64,000 bases of DNA from Eledone cirrhosa. Taxonomy: Eukaryota. The notes under the pieces were generated by a model. It was not told where the DNA came from, made no database searches, and worked only from the letters and a program-made list of their open reading frames with translations. Shown here in pieces: positions 14,351 to 28,068 of this stretch (the stretch's first letter is position 1; each line of letters begins with the position of its first letter). A program made the translations under genes and the position numbers. The stretch covers positions 1 through 64,000 of the forward strand of contig CAXHJY010000905.1 of NCBI GenBank assembly GCA_964016885.1. The letters run 5' to 3'.

Positions 14351-14687
14351 ATGTAAATACTTAAGTTTTTATAAAAGGCTAGGTGGATGTCTGGGTGTAT
14401 GTATGTATGAGGGAGGGAGGGAGGGGGAGCAAATGACGGTTGCATGAGGAACAGTGGAGGTGTTTACCACGTTAAAGATGATTTCACGACCAAATTCAGT
14501 TTCACATGAAGGTATCAGCCAGCCTCACCACCCACCCAGCCACCCAACCATCCATCCAGCTAAACATTTAGCCACGCTACTCACTGAAGGTGCGACACAC
14601 AGACAGACATACGAAATACTTCTGTTGAGCTTAATGAGTTGCAGAACAAACTGACGGAATGGTAGAATAGCCATGTTAGGTAGCGAG

Positions 14688-14723
<36 letters not shown>

Positions 14724-14902
14724 CAATTTCCTCTCTCTCTCACTTTCCTCTCTCTCTCTCACTTTCCTCTCTCTCTCTCGCACTCTCTCTCTTCTTTCTC
14801 CCCCTCACTCTCTCCTTTCACCGATTTTTACCTCCTTTCTCTTTGCTTTCACGTCACACTCTCTCTCTGTCTACCTTTCTCTCTGTGTATATATATATAT
14901 AT

Positions 14903-14955
<53 letters not shown>

Positions 14956-15008
14956 GTTCTCGTGTGTGTATGTATATATATATGCATATATATGTATGTA
15001 TATATATA

Positions 15009-15046
<38 letters not shown>

Positions 15047-15152
15047 GTTCTCGTGTGTGTGTATGTATGTATGTATATATATATATATATGTATATATAA
15101 GCATATATATATATATATATTTAGTTCTCGTGTGTGTATGTATATATATATA

Positions 15153-15188
<36 letters not shown>

Positions 15189-15199
15189 GTTCTCATGTG

Positions 15200-15231
<32 letters not shown>

Positions 15232-15346
15232 AGTATGTATATATATATATATATATATGCATATATATAAGTATATATATATATATGCATATATATAAGT
15301 ATATATATATATATATGCATATATATAAGTATATATATATGCATAT

Positions 15347-15397
<51 letters not shown>

Positions 15398-15627
15398 TGC
15401 ATATATATAAATATATATATATATATATGCATACACACACGCAGAGTAACAATTGGATTGTGGAATATAGATAACACGTAGCTACAATACCAACATTGAT
15501 TTGACACAGATCTGTGATATCCATAGAAAGAAGAGAATGGTGGGTGTGGTGATGTTTTTGGCTGCAGAGGGAGAGGCAGAGAATTTACTCTTTGATGTAG
15601 TAAATAACATCACACACACACTTACAT

Positions 15628-15660
<33 letters not shown>

Positions 15661-15662
<2 letters not shown>

Positions 15663-15832
15663 GGAAAAAGTATGACCCCGACGGTAGAGCTCAAGCCGTT
15701 TCGACGGCTATTTCGAGCTTAAGCTCTGCCGTCGGGGTCATACTTTTTCCTATTTCCCACTTCTACTATCCTAAGTATTGAGTACTCTGGTGCGTTATGG
15801 TCCATCTGGTTCCTTACCACAATTCCTTTGTT
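15661..15832 (+). mobile_element. Fold-back HHR-element family B (PLE-like terminus)
   Basis: 36-bp inverted arms 15661-15696 / 15717-15752 containing the HHR 3' half (minus strand GAAACggcttgagctctaccGTCgggg), then an ~80-bp tail; (TA)n on both sides. Confidence 0.75.
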
Positions 15833-15851
15833 ATATATATATATATATATA

Positions 15852-16039
15852 CGTTATTCCGGGTTGAGTCGGAGGTAACCACAGTAAGTAAGGTACTCAA
15901 TACGTTGCAGAGTATAAAAGTTTTAATATAGATGAGATTCTACAGGACTAGAACTTTCATTCTTTAGAAATCATCAGCATTCCTGAAGATTTCTGATGAT
16001 TTCTAAAGAATGAAACAGTTCTAGTCCTGTAGAAGCTCA

Positions 16040-16046
<7 letters not shown>
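15852..16046 (-). mobile_element. Fold-back HHR-element family A (PLE-like terminus)
   Basis: Inverted arms 15926-15977 / 15993-16046, each starting with CTGATGA, plus a tail at 15852-15925; (TA)n on both sides. Confidence 0.75.
15987..16037 (+). ncRNA. Type I hammerhead ribozyme motif (family A)
   Basis: Stem I AGAUUU/GAAGCU (5 of 6 pairs; GAAUCU in sibling copies gives 6 of 6), CUGAUGA, stem II UUC-UAAA-GAA, GAAA, stem III ACAG/CUGU, GUA triplet. Confidence 0.7.
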
Positions 16047-16077
<31 letters not shown>

Positions 16078-16501
16078 GTATGTATGTCTGTGTATATATA
16101 TATATATATGTGTTTATATATGTATATATCTATATAATTATACATACACAATCACGTATATAATTACATATTTTTCTGGCAAAAGAAGGAGGGTATAAGT
16201 TAAAAGGTTGTGTATATAATCACAATATCATAACATCAAGTGTAAAACACACATTCTCTCACTTCTTCATTCATACCCTCTCTCTCACGCTCTCTATTTC
16301 TCACCCTCTCTCTCTCTCTACCTCAATCTCCTCTCTCACCCACGCCCCACTCTCTACTTCTCTTCACAAAAGATTTCTGTGGGAAACTACAAACAAATGA
16401 TCATAATGGGTGTTTACAAATCATCATTACTTTTCTTATCGCTATTATTATTGCTATTATTATTATTATTGCTATTATTATTGTGCTATTCAAACAGATG
16501 G

Positions 16502-16563
<62 letters not shown>

Positions 16564-16720
16564 ACGTGTGCATTCACATTAATATATACACACACGCACG
16601 CGCACACACACATATATATATGGAGGTGGTTGGCGGCTGAGAGAAAAGAGTACTCAATACCGATTTTGAGTTAAAATAAAAGTCCAGAGTAACAAGGCTC
16701 ACTATTTAGACTTAATAAAA

Positions 16721-16762
<42 letters not shown>

Positions 16763-16779
16763 TACGTATACATACATAC

Positions 16780-16836
<57 letters not shown>

Positions 16837-16988
16837 TATATAGATATAGATATAGATATATATATAGATATAGATATATAGATATATAGATATAGATATA
16901 GATATATAGATATAGATATAGATATAGATATATAGATATATATATAGATATATATATATACATATATATATATATAGATATATATATC

Positions 16989-17047
<59 letters not shown>

Positions 17048-17143
17048 CAACTAGAAATTGATTGACATATATATATATCTAAAATAAACAATCACAGGGA
17101 ATAATTTGTAAAAGTGTGTAAGCACACATATATATATATATAT

Positions 17144-17518
17144 ATATATTAGTAAAAAGGAAAAGAAAATGCTGATGAATTTTTCCCAGTGAAAAATAGT
17201 TTAATTAGGAATATGTATAAATTAGTAATAAGTATTAGTTAGTATTCACTTTTAGTTTTAAGTTTTTACCGGTTGCGCATTTCTAATGCTTTTCAGAGCA
17301 AAAATCACGAGCACTCTATCTCAAAATTATTTTTGAAAAGCATAAGACATGAGCAACCGGTAAAAACTTAAAACTAAAAATGAATACTAACTAATACTTA
17401 TTACTAATTTATACTTATTCCTAATTAAACTATTTTTCACTGGGAAAAATTTGTCAGCATTTTCTTTTCCTTTTTACTAATATATCCCAACTTGTGTGTC
17501 TCACCTCCATTTTTTCAA

Positions 17519-17520
<2 letters not shown>
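17144..17520 (+). mobile_element. Large fold-back element (152-bp arms) with variant HHR-like motifs at the inner ends
   Basis: Arms 17144-17295 / 17334-17485 are near-perfect reverse complements; 38-nt spacer; short tail; (TA)n flanks. Confidence 0.8.
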
Positions 17521-17549
<29 letters not shown>

Positions 17550-17552
17550 TAT

Positions 17553-17740
17553 AATTGTTTCTACTTTAGGCACAAGACCGGCAATTACCCAGTACATTAC
17601 TGGTACTTTATTTTATCGACCCCGTAAGGATGAAAGGCAAAGTTAACCTCGGCGCGATTTGAACTCAGAATGGCAAGGGCCGTAACTCTATGCTGGAAAG
17701 CATGGCGTCCAACCCTCTACCGATACTGCCAATTCACCGC
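17553..17740 (-). mobile_element. SINE type 1, short-tail form
   Basis: aattgtttctactttaggcacaag..gcaattacccagtacattactggtactttattttatcgacccc. Confidence 0.88.
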
Positions 17741-17830
17741 CCAATTCACACACATATAATGGCTGTCAGAATGCGTGCATGTGTTTTTTTTAAATTATTT
17801 TTTCCGTTCCTTTCACCCTTTTCTCTTTCA

Positions 17831-17866
17831 TCCTTTGATGAAGGACTATTGTCTGAAACGTTAAGA
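17831..17866 (+). ncRNA. Degenerate minimal hammerhead-like motif
   Basis: UUGAUGA-A-GGAC-UAUU-GUCU-GAAACGUU; first core base is U instead of C and stem I is weak. Confidence 0.45.
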
Positions 17867-17953
17867 CTCTTGACCAGCTATTTCAAGCGTTAAATTAATA
17901 TATTTCTACTGTGTACTGTGTGTCGTTGCTTTGTTATTTCTGTTTACCTTTCT

Positions 17954-18056
<103 letters not shown>

Positions 18057-18224
18057 GTCTCTCTCTCTGTCTCTCTCTCTGTCTCTCTCTCTGTCTCTCT
18101 CTCTCTCTCTCTCAATTCGTTGGTAGAGTACAATAATCTTTATTTTATATAGGAATGACTTCTATATGACTAGAACTGATCAATCGTATGAAACAGTTCT
18201 AGTCCTGTAGAAGTAATTTCTCTC

Positions 18225-18875
18225 TTTTATATATATTATATATATAATATATATATAATATATATTATAGATATAATATATATTATAGATATAATATATA
18301 TTATAGATATAATATATATTATATATATATAATATATATTATATATATATTATATATAATATATATATAATATATTATTATATATATATATTATATAATA
18401 TATATATATATATAATATATATAATATATATATATAATATATATATATAATATATATATTATATATATAATATATATATTATATATATAATATATATATT
18501 ATATATATAATATATATATTATATATATAATATATATATTATATATATAATATATATATTATATATATAATATATATATTATATATATAATATATATATT
18601 ATATATATAATATATATATTATATATATAATATATATATTATATATATAATATATATATTATATATATAATATATATATTATATATATAATATATATATT
18701 ATATATATAATATATATATTATATATATAATATATATATTATATATATAATATATATATTATATATAATATATATATATTATATATATAATATATATATT
18801 ATATATATAATATATTATATATATAATATATATATTATATATATATTATATATATAATATATATAATATATATAT
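18225..18875. repeat. AT-only satellite including a perfect 20-bp unit (atatatataatatatatatt)n
   Basis: Register-perfect repetition at about 18460-18760. Confidence 0.95.
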
Positions 18876-19024
18876 TGAGAGTTTATTCAGTTAATGTTTC
18901 AAAGTTTTAAACACTGCAGTATTTTAAACATACTCTAATAAAAAATATATAAGCTTATACATATAATATTATTCGTATATATAATATAATGTACTCTTTC
19001 TTTGTCTGTGTGTGTTATATATAT

Positions 19025-19150
19025 AATTGTTTCTATTTTTGGCACAAGGCCATCAATTCACCAGTGTATTACTGGTACTTTATTTTATCGACCCCGTAAG
19101 GATGAAAGGAAAAGTTAACCTCGGCGGGATTTGAACTCAGACCATAAAGA
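19025..19150 (-). mobile_element. SINE type 1, short-tail form, 5'-truncated
   Basis: Reverse-complement consensus match. Confidence 0.85.
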
Positions 19151-20050
19151 GTAATATATATATATATATATGTATGAATTATATATACATGTGTATGTAT
19201 TATATATACATGTATATGTATTATATGTACATGTATATGTATTATATATATGTATTATATGTACATGTATTATATATATGTATTATATGTACATGTATAT
19301 GTATTATATATATGTATTATATATATATGAATATGTATTGCATACATATGTATATGTACTATATATATATGTATATATATTATATGTATAATATATTTTA
19401 AAGTAAATATATATATATGTATATAAATTTATATATTATATATGTATATATATAGTATATGTATATATTATGTATTTTAAAATAGATGTACAAATATATC
19501 ATATGTATATTATATATTTTCATATTATATATATGTATATATGGTATATATGTATATATATATTGTTTGTATATATATTATCTATACATATACAACATAT
19601 TATTATAAAATAAAGTACCAGTAATGTACTGGATAATTGCTGAAAACAATTATATGTATATTATATATTGATATATAGTATATATTGATATATAGTATAT
19701 ATTGATATATAGTATATATTGATATATAGTATATATTGATATATAGTATATATTACATATATATTTATTTGGTGTATATTCCATCTATCTACCTATATTA
19801 TATATATAAAATATCTTGGGTATATTTGCCAATTTGATGAACATATTGTCACTTCAAAATAAATCTAAAGACCTTTCTAGAAGCCTGTCCAATGGACTAT
19901 ACCATTGGTTTCTTCGCTGAATCTCGTTCATCGCTGAAAATTAAGTTAAGTGTATATTTTTTGCGGAATACTCAACCAATTTGTATTATACATTGTAGCA
20001 GTTCAGAAGGTGTACATTATAAAAGATTACACTCACACACATTCGTGCAG

Positions 20051-20134
<84 letters not shown>

Positions 20135-20166
20135 CCACACCCACCCACACCCACCCACACACACCC

Positions 20167-20235
<69 letters not shown>

Positions 20236-20891
20236 CTCACGCACACGCGCACACACACACACACGCACACGTGTGTGTGAATGGGTATACATACATATAT
20301 GTGTATGTGTGTATACATATATAGGAAATATGAGATTAATACTTATATATATATATATAATATAATATAATATTATATATAATATAATATAATATTATAT
20401 ATAATATAATATAATATAATATATATAATATAATATAATATAATATATATAATATAATATAATATATATAATTATAATATAATATATATAATTATAATAT
20501 AATTATAATATATATAATATAATATAATATAATATATATATATATATAATATAATATATATATATAATATAATATATATATATAATATAATATATATATA
20601 TATATTATATAATATATATATAAATATAATATATATATATATATTATATAATATATATATAAATATAATATATATATATATATTATATAATATATATATA
20701 TATATATTATATATATATATAATATAATATAGAAATATATATATATATATATATTAGAAAGTGAGGTTTTTTTTACAAAATGTAAAATAACCGAGGTGTC
20801 CTACACGAGTGAAAGTATAAAGAAAAAAAGATGAAATCGAAAATGCAACTGGAGTCTTATTTTTTTAAAAAATATATATATTTATTTGGTT

Positions 20892-20928
20892 CCTTTACCG
20901 GTTTCGCAGTTCTTCTGCTTTTAAAAGG
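20892..20928 (-). ncRNA. Variant minimal hammerhead-like motif
   Basis: Minus strand CCUU-UUAAAA-GCAG-AAGAA-CUGC-GAAACCGGUA-AAGG: stems I and II pair and stem III is the palindrome ACCGGU, but the CUGANGA box is altered. Confidence 0.5.
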
Positions 20929-20966
20929 TGAGTTGAGATGGGGGGTCTGTGGTTTTTCTCACATCT

Positions 20967-21032
<66 letters not shown>

Positions 21033-21105
21033 TATATATATATATATATAGAAATATATATATATATATATATATAGAAATATATATATATATATATATA
21101 TAGAA

Positions 21106-21136
<31 letters not shown>

Positions 21137-21241
21137 TATATATATATATATATATAGAAATATATATATATATATAGAAATATATATATATATTTATACT
21201 CTGCTTTGTATTGAGTACCTTAATTACCTCCGATTGAACCC

Positions 21242-21282
<41 letters not shown>

Positions 21283-21433
21283 CGTTTCTGAATTTGTTTA
21301 GCAAGATTCTTTATCTGAAATCGTGTGTTGAAACCGATATTGTTATACTTTGGGAGGGTCATGTTGCCAATAAGAAACAAAATGGCGTAGGATAGAAGAA
21401 AGGAAAGGCACAGAAACAAAGAAAGGAATCCCC

Positions 21434-21478
21434 AGTCACTGAAGAGGTCACAGAGTGTGTGACGAAAGGACTATGACT
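21434..21478 (+). ncRNA. Minimal type I hammerhead ribozyme motif
   Basis: AGUCA-CUGAAGA-G-GUCACA-GAGUG-UGUGAC-GAAAGGACUA-UGACU: 5-bp stem I, 6-bp stem II, intact core boxes, CUA triplet. Confidence 0.72.
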
Positions 21479-21624
21479 ATATATAAACAACTATCTGGTT
21501 GTGGAACCAACCAACCAACCAGAAATTTATAAGTTTGTAAATTTATAAATATATAATAAATTGAAGTGAAAGCAACTGGTGCGTGTGTTTCTTATTGGCA
21601 ACATGACCCTCCCAAAGTATAACA

Positions 21625-21658
<34 letters not shown>

Positions 21659-22201
21659 GTATGTATAAGTATATATATATATATATTTGTTTTATAAGTT
21701 GATTTGCACCACGAAATCCTTGGGTCCGCCCTATCAGAGACACTGTAACAACCAGAATTTCTTTAAGAATTTCGTTTTCGCTACACGTGTCTGTGGATTG
21801 CATAGCCACTACTTAGACAGTAGTTGTATGAGCAAGCGGTTCTTTTGATTGTTCAACTGGAACACTCATCGTCGAAACTGGTGAAAGTCCATTCCATTTC
21901 ATGTTTCAACCACCACCGCCATCAACGTGTTTTCTCTTCTCCTTTTTATATTGTAAAACGAATTATATTTAATTGTATTACCTACCGCCTTACCTGTAAA
22001 CGTTTAGCAAGTTAACAGGTGTGAGATAGGAGGTGGGGGGTGAGTGACAGAAGGAGAGAGGGGCAGAGAATGGTAGAGATAGTGAGAGCGGAAGAGACTG
22101 TAGTGACACGGCACCTCACGTTGTGCCGCGTATGATGCTTGGTAGGCGTGGTCAGGTTCTCTTCTCTAGTTGCATCGCTATTGTTTAAAAAGATACATAC
22201 A

Positions 22202-22245
<44 letters not shown>

Positions 22246-22388
22246 CCTCATATATATATATTTGATGTGTGTGTGTATGTGTAGATATATATATATATCT
22301 ACACAAATATATATATATATATATCAACACACACACATATATATATATATATATATCTACACACACACATATATATATATATACACAT

Positions 22389-22422
<34 letters not shown>

Positions 22423-22428
22423 GCACAA

Positions 22429-22460
<32 letters not shown>

Positions 22461-22575
22461 GCACAAATACATACATATATATATATATAAATACAAATAC
22501 ATATTTAAATATTGCTCTAAATCAGATATAAACATTTATGTTTGTCGGAATTCCAACAAATTAAATACAACTTCT

Positions 22576-22623
<48 letters not shown>

Positions 22624-22800
22624 ATGAAATAAAATATCATGTCATTAGAGATATACTTCACTGCTTTACGATCGTTTCTAGATGATGATAATAGATTGTT
22701 GCTATACTCCGTTATTGATCTATGTAAGGTTAGTTACAAAATATCAGATAAAGAGAATATTTACTTGCATGCATATCACCAGCTGTTTTCAAAAGTAATG

Positions 22801-22832
<32 letters not shown>

Positions 22833-23108
22833 AATACATATATGTATATATGCACAAATACATATATATATGCACAAATACATATATATATATGCACAAA
22901 TACATATATATATATGCACAAATACATATATATATATACACATATACATATATACATATATTTTTAAATATATACATATATTTATACAAATATACATATA
23001 TATATATATATATACACACACACAGATATATATATATACATATATATATATATGTATCCATATACATACGTGTACATGTATAGATTTTTATGAATTAATC
23101 TCATATTT

Positions 23109-23154
<46 letters not shown>

Positions 23155-23485
23155 CATTCACACGTGTGTGTGTGTGTATGAGAGCGTGCGTGTGTGTATA
23201 TGTGTGAGTGTGTGTATGTGAGAACGTGCGTGTGTATATATATGTGAGTGTGTGTATGTGAGAACGCGCGTGTGTGAGTGCATGCATGTGTGTGAGTGTA
23301 ACCTTTTATATTGTACACCTTGTGAACTGCTACAATAATGGGCGTGTACACACACCGACATATAAAGATATGCACTCACAGATAGGTGAATTAATAAACA
23401 TGTTCATACATTATATATACATATATATACATATTATATGTACATATTATATATACATATATATATAAGAATTAAAAGGGACAAA

Positions 23486-24008
23486 GTGCTGAGTGGTTAC
23501 TAAGAAAGAGTATTTAAAAATGTAAGGAAAATACAATCCCCCCTTCATATATGCATTATATATATACATACATACAAAACAAACATACATATATATATAT
23601 ATACACACATACATATATATATATACACAAATATATATATATATACACACATATATATATATACACACATACATATATATATATACACACATACAAAACA
23701 AACATACATATATACACACACACACATACAAACAAAACAAACATACATATATACACACACACATACAAAATAAACATACATATATATACACATACACACA
23801 TACAAAACAAACATACATACACACACACACAATGTGTGTGTATATATGTATGTTTGTTTTGTAGGTGTGTGTGTATGTATGTTATCTTTGTGTGTGTATA
23901 TATATATATGTATGTATGTGTTTATGTACACATATATTGCATATATGAAGAGTGGAATTGTATTTTCCTTACATTTTTTAAAACCTCTTTCTTAGTAACC
24001 ACTCAGCA
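23486..24008. repeat. Inverted repeat (~75-bp unique arms) enclosing mirrored CA/TG microsatellite
   Basis: gtgctgagtggttactaagaaagag..aaaatgtaaggaaaatacaat..cttcatatatgca is the reverse complement of ~23935-24008. Confidence 0.85.
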
Positions 24009-24196
24009 CAATATGTATATATATGTATGTATAAATATATGTATATAATATATATATATGCATAAATATATATATAAATATATATATATGTATGTATAAA
24101 TATATGTAAATAATATATATATGCATAAATATATATATAAATATATATGTATGTATATATATATATGCATAAATATATGTATATATATATATATAA

Positions 24197-24248
<52 letters not shown>

Positions 24249-24359
24249 CTATATATATATGAATATGTATATATATACATATGTATATATATATGTATGT
24301 ATATATATATGTATATGTATATATATATATGTATATGTATATATATATATGTATATATG

Positions 24360-24394
<35 letters not shown>

Positions 24395-24407
24395 GTATAT
24401 ATATATG

Positions 24408-24514
<107 letters not shown>

Positions 24515-24529
24515 GTATATATATATATG

Positions 24530-24574
<45 letters not shown>

Positions 24575-24998
24575 GTATGTATATATATATATGTATATAT
24601 ATATATGTATGTATATATATGTGTATATATATATATGTGTGTATATATATATGTATATATATATATGTGTACATATATATATGCATATATATAATATATA
24701 TGTATATATGCAGAAATACATATATAATGTACATATATATATATTTTTTATTAGCACATACATATATGTATATATATATATATATATAAACACGTGTATA
24801 TATTTTTATTAACTCACGCATACACACACATCTATATATTAACTGGCATACAATCTACTTGACATAAATCTGTTGAAACATACCCTCTCGATCTGTGACA
24901 TAGTGGCTATATAATATCGAGGGTGTATAGTTTAGTGGATATATAATACCGTTGGTTTTATAACATGAATCTCTAAATGGTTATGCAAATATATAATT

Positions 24999-25183
24999 AA
25001 TTGTTTCTACTTCTGGCAGAAGGCCAGCAAATGCCCAGTGCATTACTGGTACTTTATTTTATCGACCCCGTGTAAGGATGAAAGGCAAAGTTAACCTCGG
25101 CGGGATTTGAACTCAGAATGGCAAGGGCCGTAACTCTATGCGTCAAAGCATGGCGTCAGACCCTCTACCGATACTGACAATCC
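24999..25183 (-). mobile_element. SINE type 1, short-tail form
   Basis: Consensus match; an older SINE copy follows at ~25195-25360. Confidence 0.88.
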
Positions 25184-25399
25184 TTAAGAGTTTCTAATTT
25201 GTGAGGGGAGTGTTAATTCAATTACATTGACCCCTCAGTATTAGACATGTAATTTATTCAACGATGTGAAGCAAACTTAACCTCGGTAGGATTTGAACTC
25301 GTGACCTAAAGAGTCAGAACAAACACAGAAAAGCAGTTGCCCCGCTCTTTAAATTCTGAAAAATATTTTATAAGGTGGATAACGGTTTCCCCTCATTGT

Positions 25400-27130
25400 T
25401 TCTACAATACAAAACTGTTTATTTTAACGTATTTATATTTCTATTAAAAGAAAACACTTTCAATCATAATTTTGTGTAACAAATTTTGTTAAGTTATGTT
25501 TCAAACATTAACCAAATAACAAGAAAGTTAGTTATATTACTAAATCATTTTAAATTCATCTGTAACCATAGGTTGTGTTTTTCATTGAATATATGGCAAC
25601 GAAATGGTTAAAATGTTTATATTTATCTAAAAGCTTCGGCCACATTTTTATGTATTAAATCATGTTCCAAACACTAGCGTTCGGACCATACCCTTGCGGT
25701 TGTGTTCATTGAGCAGTTAATGAGTCTGTTTATGTATATTCCCATACCCTGTTACAGTTTTACATATGTTTTCTCAACACTTGGTTAATGAATAAGTTAA
25801 TTTTATTACTAAATACCTCCGAATTCTTGATTATTTTCAAAATTATTTAAAAATTATAGTTTGTTTATTAGAAATATGGTAACGAGAAGGTTAAAAAAGA
25901 CCTTCCATCATAAGTTTCTGTAAGACCCTTTGTTAAGTTTTGTACCAATGCTTGATGAGAAAGTTAGTCATATTACTAAACCCCACAAAATTCTTGAATA
26001 TTTTCAGAATTATTTTTAAAAAATAGGTTGTGTTTCAAAACAAATATGGTAAGGAAAGGTTTAAATGGTTAAAGGTTACATTTATATAAAAACCTTCCAC
26101 CATTATTTTCTATAAGAGCCTTTCGTTACATTATATTCTAAACAGCTTAATTAATGAGAAATTCTTAAATATTTTCAGAATTATTTTATAACGATAGATA
26201 GTATCTTTTTTTTTTAAATATGGAAATATAAAAGGGTTAAATTGTTTGTATTTATTTAAAAACATTCCATCATAATTTTCCAAACACCAGCCTAATGAGA
26301 AAATTAGTTATATTACTAAAATAGATCCTTAAATATTTTTCAGAATTATTTAAAAACCCTAGATAGTGTCATAAAGAAATAAGAATATTTATAGTTATCT
26401 AAAAACCTAAACATCCATTATAATTTTCCAAACACCGACTTGAGAAAATTATTTAAATTACTACCCTCCCTGCCAAAAAATAGATTCTTAAATATTTTCA
26501 GAATTATCACAACCCCCACCTCCAAAGAAAAAAAAAAGATCCTTGAATATTTTCGGAATTATTTTAAAATCACAGACAGTGTATTTCCTTAGAAATATGG
26601 AAATAAAGGGGTTAAAATATTTATATTTATTTAAAAACCTTTCATCATAATTTTCCAAACATCAGCTTATTGAGAAAATCACTTAAACTACTATCCCCAC
26701 CTCCAAAGAAAACAAAAACAGATCCTTGAATATTATCAGAATTATTTCAAAATCATAGTTTACCTTAGAAATATGGAAATAAATGGGTTAAAATATTTAT
26801 ATACCCTTCTATCATAATTTTCCAAACACCAGTAAATGAGTAAATTAGTTAAATTGCTACCCCCACCCCCCAAAAAAACCCAACAGTTCTTTAAATATTT
26901 CAGAATTATTTTTAAATCATAGACAGTGTCTTTCAGTAGAAATATGGAAATAAAGGGGTTAAAATATATATAATTATCATAATTTTCAAACACTAAGTTT
27001 AATGAGAAAATTAGTTAAATTACTACCCAACACCTCAAAAAAACCCCAACAGATCTTTAAATATTTTCAGAATTATTTTAAAATCATAGACAATGTCTTT
27101 CATTATAAATATGGTAAAACAAGAGTTAAG
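25400..27130 (+). repeat. Diverged tandem array of ~170-185-bp AT-rich units (about 9-10 copies)
   Basis: Recurrent aaatatggaaataaaggggttaaa / ccatcataattttccaaacacc / aaatattttcagaattatttt. Confidence 0.8.
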
Positions 27131-27391
27131 CAACATTTTATCTGTTAGCGTTTTAACATGTAGTAAAGTAACTGGCTGACTAAATTGCTACTTCGCTAGT
27201 TATTTTGGTAACCTACTATTTTCTAGAAAATCTGGCTAACTAATTAAAGATCTAACAATCTTACTTGCTAAAAAGATTCATATATTAATTTGCTCACTTG
27301 CTGAATTGCTAGATAACACACTTGCGAAATAGCTAATCTACAAACTCTTCCTCTTACACGCACATATTATAAACACACACACACACATATA

Positions 27392-27429
27392 TAGTAATGT
27401 ATGAATTTATATATATATATAATGTATGA

Positions 27430-27475
<46 letters not shown>

Positions 27476-27723
27476 ATGTATGAATTTATATATATATATA
27501 TATATAGTAATGTATGAATTTATATATATATATATAGTAATGTATGAATTTATATATATATATATATATAGTAATGTATGAATTTATATATATATATATA
27601 TATATATATAGTAATGTATGAATTTATATATATATATATATATAGTAATGTATGAATTTATATATATATATATATATAGTAATGTATGAATTTATATATA
27701 TATATATATATAGTAATGTATGA

Positions 27724-27759
<36 letters not shown>

Positions 27760-27839
27760 ATGTATGAATTTATATATATATATATATATAGTAATGTATG
27801 AATTTATATATATATATATATATATATAGTAATGTATGA

Positions 27840-27873
<34 letters not shown>

Positions 27874-27957
27874 ATGTATGAATTTATATATATATATATA
27901 TATATATATAGTAATGTATGAATTTATATATATATATATATATATAGTAATGTATGA

Positions 27958-27991
<34 letters not shown>

Positions 27992-28027
27992 ATGTATGAA
28001 TTTATATATATATATAGTAATGTATGA

Positions 28028-28065
<38 letters not shown>
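27392..28065. repeat. Compound minisatellite [gtaatgtatgaatt(ta)n] x ~20
   Basis: Constant core separated by variable-length TA runs. Confidence 0.95.

Positions 28066-28068
<3 letters not shown>

Noticed and set aside
17170-17205. CTGATGA..GAAA in the outer arm of the fold-back
   Set aside because: The matching arm reads CTGACAA and the stems are marginal; likely chance.
27392-28065. CRISPR-like constant repeat with variable spacers
   Set aside because: Spacers are only TA runs; eukaryotic context and no cas genes.
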